Part shown: piece after piece, positions 35,929 to 50,299 of the stretch | How the letters are laid out: every line of letters begins with the position of its first letter | How positions within the stretch are numbered: position 1 is the first letter of the stretch | Assembly: GCA_045837725.1 (NCBI GenBank) | Contig: JBEWZL010000257.1 | Location: 124,001-188,000 of the forward strand | Origin: Vermamoeba vermiformis | Taxonomy: Eukaryota | Reading direction: 5' to 3' | DNA: 64,000 nucleotides | Made by a program: the position numbers and the translations under genes | The notes under the pieces: generated by a model | Told to the model about the DNA's origin: nothing | The model's input: the letters and a program-made list of their open reading frames with translations, nothing else | Databases searched by the model: none

Positions 35929-38484
35929 TTATTGCAGTTTAGTAGAGCGAACAACATTGGTCTTAATACCACCAACCTCACCTCCGTAAGGCTTCAACTG
36001 GTCGCGGACCTTCATGACTTGACCAGTACGGCGGATCTTGGCCTTGTCGTACTTGTTTCTTAACTTGACACGCGGGTTTCTGTTCTCCTTTTTAGTCTTC
36101 TTGGCCAAGCCCTTGTTCTTTCTGATAGCGTAGTTGATGTTTCTCTTGCCGCCCTCACGCACTGTGTCCTCAGTGAACAGCACTCGTTGTGCCCTAAACA
36201 AAAAGTTAGATCGAGCTCTCAAGCAAGGTGTGTTTAACTTACTCTTCACGTCGTTGTTGCTCCATCTCGCGCTTCTTCTCTCTTTGTTGCATCTGCGCTG
36301 CTTTGACAGATCTGTAGAACTCGTCTTCATTGTCAGAGTCATCAACACCCTCGTCCTCTGAGCCCAGGTCTCCAACGTCCCCTTCATCCTCTGAATAGTC
36401 GCTGAACACATCGGCATCATCGTTCTCCTCTACGGGCTGTGACTTCTTGGACTTCTTCGACTTGCCATCATCTTCATGCAAGTACGACACGAAGGTCTCT
36501 TCGGGCTCGCTGTTCTTAGCTGAGCCGTCATTCAACTTCTGTCTCTTCATCGCCACTTTATAAGGCAGGTCTTCATCACCACCGACCACGACCTTCTTCT
36601 TGTTCTCGTTCTGCTCCAGTTGATTCATCACCGCGGCATATTTGCGCTTCTGACCAGTGAGACGTTCCACTGCTTGTGCGTCACCCAAGTCTTCGAGGGG
36701 TGTGAACTCGCTTGCTTTCTTAGCGCGCTTAGTGTCCTTGACTTTGTACCGCACAAATTGATCCTCGCTCGAAGGGTCAGCACTTTGTGGTTCAAATCCA
36801 TTCTCGTCCAGATCACTCTCTTCTGACGCACTTGACAGCTCGGGGCTGGGCTCTTTTTTGTTCTTCTTTTTGTGTGTCTGCCCATTTGATTGTTCTGCTG
36901 CGCTCGTTTTTTTGTGTGATTTGTCTTTCAAAGCGTTAATTAGTGCTCTAGAGCGAGCAGAACGTTAAATATGCTTACTTTTAGGAAGTTCAGGCTCGCT
37001 CGTGCTCTGTTCATTGCTTTGGTCCTGACCATTCTTAATCAATTCGAGCAATAATCGCGCTTGGTCTTTGATCTTCTTGTCCATAGGACCGAGTTTGTCA
37101 ATAAGAGCCTTGGTGCGGAACAACTGGTCAATGACTGGGTGATCTTTGACTCGTTTGCCCGCTGCTTTCATCATCAAATAAAACGCAATATTTGTGCTGT
37201 AGTTCATCAACAGTTGGTATTTGAGCTGGAGATAAATTAAACCGTTGGATTTGGGCAGTTTTTTTCCTCTGCACAAAATCATTAGCCGCAGTTAATAACA
37301 AAATATGATTCTTACGCAGTGATAATAGGCTGTAACTGATTCTTGATTTCTTTCAGTGACTTGCCAAACTCAGCAAGTAGAATAGTGAACTCGGGCGACT
37401 CAACAGAGATAATTTCAAGCTTCTCTTCGCGGGACAATCCTGCGATATCTTTGCTGACACGCTCAACGCTGACACCAGTGTCTACATTGTGCAAATCAAT
37501 CGCTTCGAGGTCCTTGTTCATCGACTCCAACAGTGCGGTGTCGCTGCGCTTAGTTTTCTAGTGCAGAGTTAGTTATGTGGCACTTGTCCAGCAGATGAAT
37601 ACTTACAGGCTTGTCTTCTTTCTTGTCAGCCTTCAATTTAGACAAAATGCCGCCAAATGTGTCGTCGTAGTCGTCTTCTGACACTTCTTGTGCCTTCTTT
37701 TCTTGCAATCGCTTGACCTCTTCTTCTTCGTTTTGTGCTACAACCAAAAGTTAACCAAAGCCTCTATAATAATACTTTAATAACTGTACCATATTCCTCG
37801 TCTTCAGAATCACCGAGTTCATCATCAACAAAGTCAGTGTAATAATAATCCTTTTTTTTGCCCCACTTCGATTCATCAATCTCTTCTTCCTCCTCGTCAT
37901 CGTCGTCGTCAATAACTAATACATTGATTGTTAATTCGTCTAAAAAAAGAAAAATAAATCGTCTAATTACATTTTTTGCGTAATCCAGGAACAGGCGCGT
38001 ATGCAAGATCTTCATCTTCGTCACTGTCTACATCCTCGTCGCCACCATCATTTTCTTCATCAACATCTAAATCCAACACGCCCTCGACGTCTGAGTCGTC
38101 TGTGGAGGAGTTAGAATTTATGACATCCCGATCCGATCTGGATCCAAAAACAGATTTGACGTTATAAATTTCAAATAATTATCTATTTAGTATGTTAAAA
38201 AAATTCCAGGTCCTCTAATCAACGTTTAAAATAAATAATGCATCAGGAAAATTACCATCATTTTCTTGCCGTTTATCGAACTCCACTTTATCACGAGTGG
38301 CAGTGACTGCATAAATAAAATGTTAATTATTGTTATACACTTGGTGCTAAGCGCAGCACTACATACAATCATCGATCTCATCGTTGAAATCCTCCTCCGT
38401 GAATCTCTTTTCTCTTTGTTGTTCCTTTCGGCCACCACGTCCCTTAGGGCCACCACGTCCTCCTCTACCTCTACCTCTGGGCAT
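35929..38484 (-). CDS. UTP3: Sas10/Utp3 small-subunit processome component, multi-exon
   Basis: WGKKKDYYYTD, ESPEF, YLQLKYQLLMNYSTNIAFYLMMKA..VKDHPVI and the Sas10 C-terminal KRNINYAIRKNKGL..NPRVKLRNKY..YGGEVGGIK. Confidence 0.92.
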
Positions 38485-38668
38485 TGTTGTGTTTGTGGCT
38501 GTTACTGTTTGAGAAAATAAATGACAAATTTGGATCACAAAAAGATCGCGATCTTCACGCGTGGGCAAGTTGCGCGTGCGACTCAATGCAAAGAACATCA
38601 ACAAACGGTATTATTTAAAAATTAACTTTTATTAAAGCAAACTCCTCAAAAAAGTTGCTTTTTAGATT

Positions 38669-41446
<2,778 letters not shown>

Positions 41447-41576
41447 GTTGCGAGTTGTGTGTTTTTGTTTGAGTTAAAAATAAGAATGAAAGTTTTCTGG
41501 CTTTTGAGTTTTTTTGTCGGTCTTTTTTTGGCTTGAATTTCGCAGCAAACTGTTCGCCTAAATAAAACGGCCCAAG

Positions 41577-43239
41577 ATGACTCACGAAGAAAAATACGAC
41601 CGCGGGGTAATGTTGTCCTCGCGATCTTCTGGAAGTGCCTTGTCAGCACTTCCGTTTTTTTTGTTGTGAGTAAATTTTTGTCACGTTTTGAACGGCGCAA
41701 TTGCTGAGGCTACTTCTGGTACGGCGACTTCGGCCTTATTTGATTTAGCCTGGAGATTGTCAGTTCAGAATTCTCGGGTGAGTGTCTCCTTTTCTTTGAA
41801 ACTCACGTTGGCTTCGTGTCTTTCACTAAGGAATGTCTATAACCAAAGTGATCGTTCCAGTACACGAGGGGCATTAGATACTTAAAGTAATTCACAGAAC
41901 CGACTGTTTGATTTCTGATCGATGTTCAGCAACCAACAGAAGTACCAAAAGCTCAGCACTGCAGTGCTGCAGACATTATACCCTACTGACAGACGTGGCC
42001 AATACCTCAAATTGTTGACACACGCCTTCGACTTTTCAAGATTTGACTTGATCACACTTCTATTTGAATGGACAATATTCGCATTATTTTTCTTGTTTAT
42101 ATTCGCTAAAGTGGAGTATATGATAGATTGGAGCTGGCCCATTGTATTTATCCCATTTTTTGTTTCAGCTTTTTTGGGATCTGTACGGAGTGTCGCCTGT
42201 GGAAAGCGGAGTCGATGCGCCTTATGGACAAGATTTATAGCATATATATTTATCATATTATTCACGATAGTTTTGGTACTCAAACTTGAAGGAACGATAG
42301 ACTTGTCGTGGCGAATCCTATTCTTTCCCATTTATATTTTAGAAGGTAAGCTCACACTTAAATCACCGGCAATACGTGCCCCATATCATACCTACTTTTT
42401 ATTTTTAACGTGAAATTAACTTTTCTATGAACCTTTCTAACCAAATCCAGGCCTAATCGTACTTTCCCTTTGTCTTGGTGGCTGTTTTATGTTGATTATG
42501 GTCTTGGATGATGCCCTCATCAAAATAGGCACTATCTTCTTGATGCTTGCCTCGCTTTGTTTGACAGTCTTTTGCGTACTGCTTTCAGCGAAGATTGGCG
42601 AAGAAGAAAGTGACATTCAGCAATGGTATTAGATATTACTTGCCATATGCATTGCGTTAATTAATTACGTTATAGGCATTGGTTCGCCGTATTTACACCG
42701 CTTTGGGCGATGCACGTACTGCTTATCATCTCAGGGGTTGTATTCCTAGTAGTAAGCAGACTTTCGATTGCAAAAGTGCTTACGTGTCCACTCATTTCCT
42801 AATTAGGTATTCCCTGATGAGTCATTCGTATCCGATGACTTGACACGTGGCCAAGACACGCGCAGTCGCCTACCTTCAATCAAGCCCCGCTACCGCATCA
42901 ACTTCTTCTTGCTTGCCACAGCCTTGCTCAATCTACCCCTCACTGCTGTGCGTATTGCTCATTATATGTTTCGTTAGGTTACTAACTTGCTTCCTTAAAG
43001 TTTGACATCATGTTGTGCCTCTATTTGGACTGCAATATGTTCGCACAAGTGTACGTGTTCCTGCCGCTCTTTCTTGTGCTGGCTGCGGGTCTTGGCAGTA
43101 CGTCATCCGTGCTTTTAGTTGACAAGACTAACACTCATTTGTAGTTATCATTGCCCTCATTAACGCGCACAAACAACGAGGCACCTATTGCATTCGAATT
43201 GACAAGGGCATCGGTGCTCGTTCAGAAGAGATCTGGTAG
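41577..43239 (+). CDS. TMEM185/FAM11-like multi-pass membrane protein (5' end uncertain)
   Basis: Repeated units KVEYMIDWSWPIVFIPFF, KLEGTIDLSWRILFFPIY, WFAVFTPLW and VYVFLPLF, joined by GT-AG introns. Confidence 0.6.
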
Positions 43240-43381
43240 TCGTGATTAGACTGCTTTAGCTTGTAAATAAATACCAATCGTCACTGTAACTCGAGCATGC
43301 ATTCAATTGAAAAACAAAGTTTATTCGGGCATAAGAGTTGTTCTTAGCACCGCATGCTATTGTGACAATAGGGCGTATATC

Positions 43382-44059
43382 TTATTTTCTACCAGTAGGG
43401 ACTTGCTTGTTCACACGACCAGCCACTATATTCATCCAGAAGAGCACTGCTCCCGAGAACAAGAAGCTGAATGGACCACGTCAGCGAGTGCAGGACAAGT
43501 AAGATTGGTTACAACAACAGAATTCTGATCGTATAGCGATCGTTTTAATACTTTTAATAATTGACTTACCAAGTAGTGACGCTAATTCTGTGCACGGTGG
43601 ATGCGCAGGCCATAGCAACAATCATTGAAAGGATAACTGAGCAATTTTAAGTAAATATCAGAATAAAATTACCATTAAATTATTACCATCGAACCAGCCA
43701 CTTTCTCTCCTCAAGCTACCAAGGATCTAGAAGAAAGGTGAGCAGTCAAGGAAAAATTTTGTATTCGCATAATAAATATTCTTTCGGTGTCCATAAATTG
43801 TCTTAGGATACGACCATAGTAAAAAAGAATAATAACGAGCCAAGGAAGCCACCCAAAGTAATGAAAGCTGGGGATTGTCTCAAAAATTCTTTGGAGACTT
43901 GCATGACGGAGAATGTAATAACAAACATAGTAGCCGAGAGCAAGGCTGAAGTGCCTCTAGCTGGTTGTTGTTGTGCTGCGAGTAGCTGAGGGTTAGTCGG
44001 ATGGAATAAAAATGGTGTTACTAATTAAAACTGTAGTTAAAATATTACTTACCCTTCAT
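43382..44059 (-). CDS. KRTCAP2: Keratinocyte-associated protein 2 (KCP2, OST complex accessory subunit); not in the ORF track
   Basis: Spliced reading MKAQQQPARGTSALLSATMFVITFSVMQ..ITLGGFLGSLLFFFTMV-ILGSLRRESGWFD..ASTVHRISVTTC-FLFSGAVLFWMN. Confidence 0.85.
43727..43811 (-). other. Probable U12-type GT-AG intron in KRTCAP2
   Basis: 5' GTATCCTA and branch TTCCTTGAC shortly upstream of the 3' TAG; splicing preserves frame. Confidence 0.7.
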
Positions 44060-44230
44060 TTTATATGCTACTGCTCGATTACAAGTCGAAAATAAAGTTC
44101 GTCTCGTAGGTAGCCAGATATTTTGATAACGAAGTCAAAATTTGTCAACGCAGGAAGCCCTTGCCAGAAATTTAGCTCCAGCCACCACTTTGTGCAAGAA
44201 GCTCCAACTAAATTCAACAGAGTAATTAAA

Positions 44231-45591
44231 ATGGACCGTCGAAGGTAAGCTAACGATGTTTGTGGACCTTACTTTTAAGCGATCGCCCTTTCAATCCATG
44301 CCGCTCAATTGAGAAACCCAACTGTTATTAATTTCCATAAATGCCTTTATTTTTTTCCTATTAGTCCCTTAAATGGCCGCTTGGCACGAACTAAATTATT
44401 TTATGCTTTTTCAAAGAGAATTATTTCGTAAATTTTCATGTATTATTTACTTGGTACGCAATTAAAACGTACTACAATATTTGGTGAAATAATTGGTTGT
44501 AATAATTCATTATTCAAGCCGGTCGAGATCCAGAAGCAGATCCCGCAGCCGCAGTGACAGCTACAGACGCAGAAGATCACGTTCGCGCTCAGTGTCAAGA
44601 AGTCGCAGTAGAAATCGCAACAGGAGTCGAAGTCCTCAATATCGCCGCGACAACAGTTCACGAAGACATCGGGATCAAGATCGACACTAGTAAGTTATTT
44701 ACTTGCTATCGCTGCAATTATTTACCTTCTTATTCGCAGTAATGGATCGCAAGACAACTTTTTAGAGAAGTAAGTTTACGGTGCTACTCTATAATACGCC
44801 ACTGGACTAATCTCGTTGACAGGCGCAAAAAACAACGCGAAGAGTCAATGCCAGGCCGCGCAGTGTGGGCCAGATCACCACCACGACCAGCAGATGAAGA
44901 GAGCTATAGTGACTCTGACAGTGCGAATAGAAGAATGCATCGCAAAGAGGACAAGAAAGACAAACGAAAACACAAAGACAAGAAACATCGCGATAAGAAA
45001 GACAAAAAGGACAAAAAAGATAAAAAAGACAAGAAAGATAAGCGTGACAAACGCAAGTCCAAGAAGAGAAAGCGCAGTAGAAGTCGTGACAGCAGTGACA
45101 GAGACCGCAAACGACAGCGCCGCGAGCGTGAGAGTTCATCGAGTGAGAGCGAGAGCAGCGACGAAGAACAGGTCTGGACTGAAAAGAAAGTAGTGCCAGT
45201 GGTCGTGAATACAACTGAAGAAGAGGACTTTGGACCCATGCCGCTGCCACAAGTCGGTGCCGTGCAAAAGTACGGTGGTCAAATGTTGCCCGGTGAAGCT
45301 GAAGCTTATGCACAATACGTGCAGCAAAACAAACGTATTCCACGTCGTGGTGAAGTCGGTATGAGCAACGAACAAATCGAGAATATGGAGACCTTGGGCT
45401 ATGTGATGAGTGGCAATCGAAACAAGCGCATGACAGCTGTACGAATCCGCAAGGAGAATCAAGTGCTCACAGCTGAAGAGAAGCGCCAATTAGTGCAGAC
45501 GACACTCGAAGAGAAAGCGAAGAAAGAGAACAAGATCATCGCGGACATGCGCGAGTTAGTGGCACAAAAGTTCAAACAACAACAGCAATAA
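44231..45591 (+). CDS. NKAP: NF-kappa-B-activating protein (NKAP) homolog, RS-rich splicing-associated factor
   Basis: RS repeats, a KDK tract and C-terminal YGGQMLPGEAEAYAQYVQQNKRIPRRGEVG..GYVMSGNR..AVRIRKENQV. Confidence 0.92.
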
Positions 45592-45761
45592 GGAACGACT
45601 AACTGAATGCGAAGATTGTACAAAGTAATTTGAATGATAAACCCCGTGTAGATATTGTGTTGTAACCTATAGATATTTATTCACATGTGTTCGATTGTTG
45701 CGCAGATGAAATACACAAAACTCGTCGCGCAAGACAAGAGCTAGACTGCTCTGATTTGTTT

Positions 45762-47103
45762 TTAATTCAACTTGGCCTTCTCTTCTTCACTGGGCAAGTC
45801 CCTGTAAGTGCCGAACATCTTGTCGAGAATGGTGAAGCGAGAGGCGTAGTTGTAGTACCAGCTCTGGTGGTGATAGTCGTGGAAGCGAGTGCCACCGTAG
45901 AACGGCAACCAATCGAGTGGGGTCGGGAAGTGATGACCACAGTGCGTGATGACTGCATCGAACTGACGCAACACAATCCAGCAGTAGAATGTGAACAAAT
46001 GAGGCTGCAACATGAGTGCAGGGAAGTAAGTAGCCAGACCTAAGATGATTGTCTCGAGCGGGTGCGCAAAGTCAGTGGCAAAGCTGAAAGGTGTCTGGAA
46101 GGTGTGGTGGACCTTGTGGATGTAAGGGTAAATGGCCTTGATGTGCAATGCACGATGGAACCAATATTGGAAGAAGTCCTCGAGGAAGAAGAATGCCGCC
46201 AAGTGGTAGATCACGGTGCCGCTACGATAAGACCGAATGTCAGAAAACTGGTAAGTGAAAGAGCTAATCGCATTGTAACGCCTTATGTGAATATATGGTA
46301 CTTATACAATACTACTAAAAGTAGAATAGAGGCTAATTGTAGCGAGATGAAAAATTTTAATGAACGCCCGAGATCTAAGATCGTGTGGAATACTGATACG
46401 TTTAACGCAAGTACTTACGCGTTGGGCACAGGAACATCAAAACGAATGCCCATAAATCCAGCAAACGGCCATGAGAGCAAACCCAAAGGCAAGATGACAC
46501 CGAACCAATTCAAACAAATGTTCTTCAAGCACAACATATAGTTGGCGTTTGAATTGATTTTCTATAAAATAATTATTTAATTGCTGTCGATGAATAAGGG
46601 TAAGAAGCTAAGGAAAGTGAATGCGATCGGACAATTAATAATGTTGTTATCACTTACACGTTGTAACTTGTATTTAGGGAACCAGCTACGTTGTTCGGCA
46701 AAATACCAGAATAAACCGCAAGCAAAGTAAGACACAACTACGAAGCTATAGAAAGCGGCGTAGATGTAGAACGGTTGATATTTCTGATGGGCAGTTTCCC
46801 AAAGAGCTCCAATCGAGTCCCAGCGTAATTGAACATTATCTGAATTTTTCTAATAAGATAAATATTAGCTTATATAATAAGACAAGGTCAGAAAATTGGT
46901 TATTAATTCGATCTCAATAATTTTTCATTAACGAAAATTATCCAACTTACAGCAATTGTATGATTGTAAAATCGCTCTCTAATAAATGACCACATTTCAT
47001 CTCTGGGAGGCATAGGTTCTCTCATAGAGGCAGCAATCACGGGCACGATAAACAGACCCACCAAACAAGTGAAGCCGAGGGTGACGGCGAGCCAGGTCTT
47101 CAT
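45762..47103 (-). CDS. ERG25: Sterol C4-methyl oxidase (ERG25/MSMO1-like, fatty acid hydroxylase superfamily)
   Basis: His boxes YWFHRALH, IHKVHH and FHDYHH, plus AHPLETIILG, HCGHHFP and NYASRFTILDKMFGT. Confidence 0.8.
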
Positions 47104-47625
47104 TGTGTGGAATTCTATTTAACACAAGTGTTGTGTTTAGTAGCTCAATGGGCGGACAATTGGTGTCGGGCGACCGAGCACGCGTTACTTTCACAGCGCC
47201 GACGCGGGCAAACAAAGTTCGGGTTCCAAAATCACCCGGAGTAACCTTAGTACGGATTGAATGACCCCCTTTCAGTCTACTATATCATGCGGGTACATTA
47301 ATTACATGCATTCATGGTTAAGTGAGAAACGCGACTGCACAAAAAGACGCAGATTTCGAAAACTAGATCTATGTTCGTCGGATCAACAGGTTATTCTATT
47401 CTGAAAGAAAAGAATGAAAAGGTCTTATACTGCTTTATACTATTACCACATTAGTTAAAAAAGATTCAATAGGCGCGAGTTTTCTAACCGACGCGGTTCT
47501 ATTCTTGTTTGGCCGAAAAAACTTGGCCAGCATTATTTGGCTGCGGTCTGATATTCTGTATTTATCAACCCAACAGAAGGATTGTACAACACATCTCTCT
47601 GTATAACGTGCAGTGATCACCCACA

Positions 47626-49810
47626 ATGATTGCCGCATTATTTGTAGATAAACGACGCGTTTCTTGGGCCATCTGGAGCATCTGTCTCTTAGAATTCTTG
47701 CTCTGGTCTGTACCTCTTGTTGCGGCCGGCAAAATTCAAGGCAATGGCGACCAAATGAAAGAGTATATCAACCGTGAGGTTAACAACATGGGTTATTATG
47801 TTAACCACGGAGATTCTCAAGCTCAAAGATTAGAAAAAATGCGCGAAATGGAGAGACTTGGAGACGATATTAAGCACGTAAGTATTAAAACATTTTTACA
47901 AATAATATAAATAACCAATTTCTAAACGTTAATGAATTATTAATCAAAATTAAAAAGGCGCAATCCAGTGGCAAGGACAGCCTCAAGCCAAGCACTACCT
48001 GGAATGTGCTCACTTGGAGCCTTATGAGCGCATTGACCTTTGTCTTGGGTATTCAAGAAAAGAAGGTCGGTAGCTTGGGAGAAGTTTCAACCTCCAGCGA
48101 CAACTCCGAAGATGCCTCCTCATCAGACCGAATCGAGACTAGCAACCCGAAAAAACAAGCCAAACATGCTGAAATGCAATCATTTCAAAACACCCAAACC
48201 GAAATTAAGCGAAACATCGATGAACAAAAGCGACGTGATGCTAGACCCGAAGGAGGAATTAATGATTTAACTGATGAGGAAATTTTGGAGCAGATTGAAG
48301 CCGGAGAGGTTAATTTGTACAACCTGGAGCACAAGCTTAGTGATTCTACTCGTGCCGTAGCCATTAGAAGAAAGCACTTAGGTAAATCCGCTCAAAATAA
48401 TTTTTATTCTCCGGTTTTCTAATTTCGGTCTTTAATAGCCCAAAAATTAAGAAGCAGAATGGATTTGAACTCCATTCCTTACGAGAATTACGATTACGAC
48501 AATGTTACTGGAAAGTGTTGCGAGAACGTTATTGGGTGAGTTGAAAAGACACGAAAAATCTTTTTAGTGAATCACAACAATTGCTAGATCCGCTCCATTG
48601 TTCACGGTTTACTAATGTACCCTTTTGTAGTTACGTTCCTATCCCAATTGGTATTGCAGGCCCTATTTTGATCAACGGAAAGAAGGTCCGCATTCCTATG
48701 GCCACCACTGAAGGTTGCTTGGTTGCATCCACCCACCGTGGAGCCAAGGCCATCAGCATGTCCGGTGGTGCTAGCTGCGAGATTGTTGCTAACGGCATGA
48801 CTCGTGGCCCCGTCGTTCAAATGCCTAATGTCCAACGTGCCGCCGCTTTGAAGAAGTGGATCGAGGCCCCCGAGAACTACAAGAAGGTCGAAGAAGCTTT
48901 CAACTCTACTTCTCGTTTCGCTCGCCTTGTGTCCATCAAGACCAATCTTGCTGGTCGCAATGTCTACTTGCGCTTCAAGGCCAAGACTGGTGACGCTATG
49001 GGCATGAACATGATCTCCAAGGGTGTCGAGCAAGCCCTCGATCTCGTCAAGAAGACCTTCCCTGATGTCGATGTCTTGGCGATTTCTGGCAACTTCTGCA
49101 CGGACAAGAAGCCCGCAGCTATCAACTGGATTGAAGGCCGTGGTCGTTCCGTTGTCTGTGACGCTGTCATCAAGGGTCAAATCATCGAGAAGGTGCTCAA
49201 GACTACTGTTGCTGGCCTCTGCGCCGTCAACATGAGCAAGAACCTTGTCGGAAGTGCTATGGCTGGTTCTATTGGTGGTTTCAACGCCCACGCTGCCAAC
49301 ATTTTGACTGCTATCTTCTTGGCCACTGGTCAAGATCCCGCTCAAAACGTTGAGGCATCTAACTGCATGACCTTGCTCGAGCCCATCAACGGTGGCAAGG
49401 ACTTGTACATTTCAGTTACAATGCCTTCCATTGAAGTCGGCACTGTCGGTGGTGGTACTGGTTTGCCCTGCCAATCTGCTTGTCTTGAGCTGATCAATGC
49501 CAAGGGCTCGTCCACTGAGAACCCTGGCAGCAATGCTGATGCACTTGCACGCTTGATTGCTGCTGCTGTCATGGCCGGTGAACTCTCGCTCTTGTCGGCC
49601 TTGGCTGCTGGTCACTTGGTCAAGTCCCATATGGCTCTCAACCGTGGTCACCAAGCCCCTGCTGCCACTACCACCTCTGCTGCTGATCAACACGCTGTGC
49701 CTCAAGTTGTTGCGTCACCCACTGCCGCTGCTGAAGGAGTTGAGATCCGTCCTTCTCTCGCTTCCGAGAGCAGCCCTTGTGGTGGCCAGCCCTTGATGTG
49801 CAAGCTTTAA
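47626..49810 (+). CDS. HMGCR: HMG-CoA reductase (class I) with a short N-terminal membrane region
   Basis: [49 protein letters not shown] and GHLVKSHM. Confidence 0.96.
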
Positions 49811-50299
49811 ACAGCTCACTTGCATCACTTCAGTTACAACCTCTTTGTTTATATTGTTACATAGTTACGCCCGTTCCAGATCCTCGTTAATTCTCCAGCT
49901 CTATCTCAGTTAATCCTTTCTTTACTTCATTAAGATCTATCCTTGTAGTGTCTAGTTTCACGCAATCGTGAATAAATTGTATTGTATAGAAAATGTGTTT
50001 TCTCCCTTGTTTGTTTCAAAAACTTGACGATCTGGATCGCAAATATTTCTCTAATTTGGATCAGCAGTTAACGAGAAGTCAAAGTAAGTGCGAAAACAAG
50101 ATGACGGGGTTTATATTATTAACCCTCAGAACAATGCTCTATCAAACGTTGAAGGATCTGCGATCGAGAGTTGCGATCCAGATTCAACTCGACATTTAAT
50201 GCCAAAAAAATACAATAATGCTTTCAATTTTATCACATTTATTTGTTACACGTTAGTTAATGAATTTTGAATATTTTGGCTAATTATTATTGGTAACAG

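Noticed and set aside
44520-45130. Repetitive AGAAGC/GACAAG tracts as a tandem repeat or CRISPR-like array
   Set aside because: They encode the RS and KDK low-complexity regions of NKAP. There is no repeat-spacer structure or cas gene anywhere in the window.
47225-47625. SRE-like words (ATCACCCGG, ATCACCCAC) between ERG25 and HMGR
   Set aside because: They are imperfect matches, one abuts the ATG, and they are too short to distinguish from chance.
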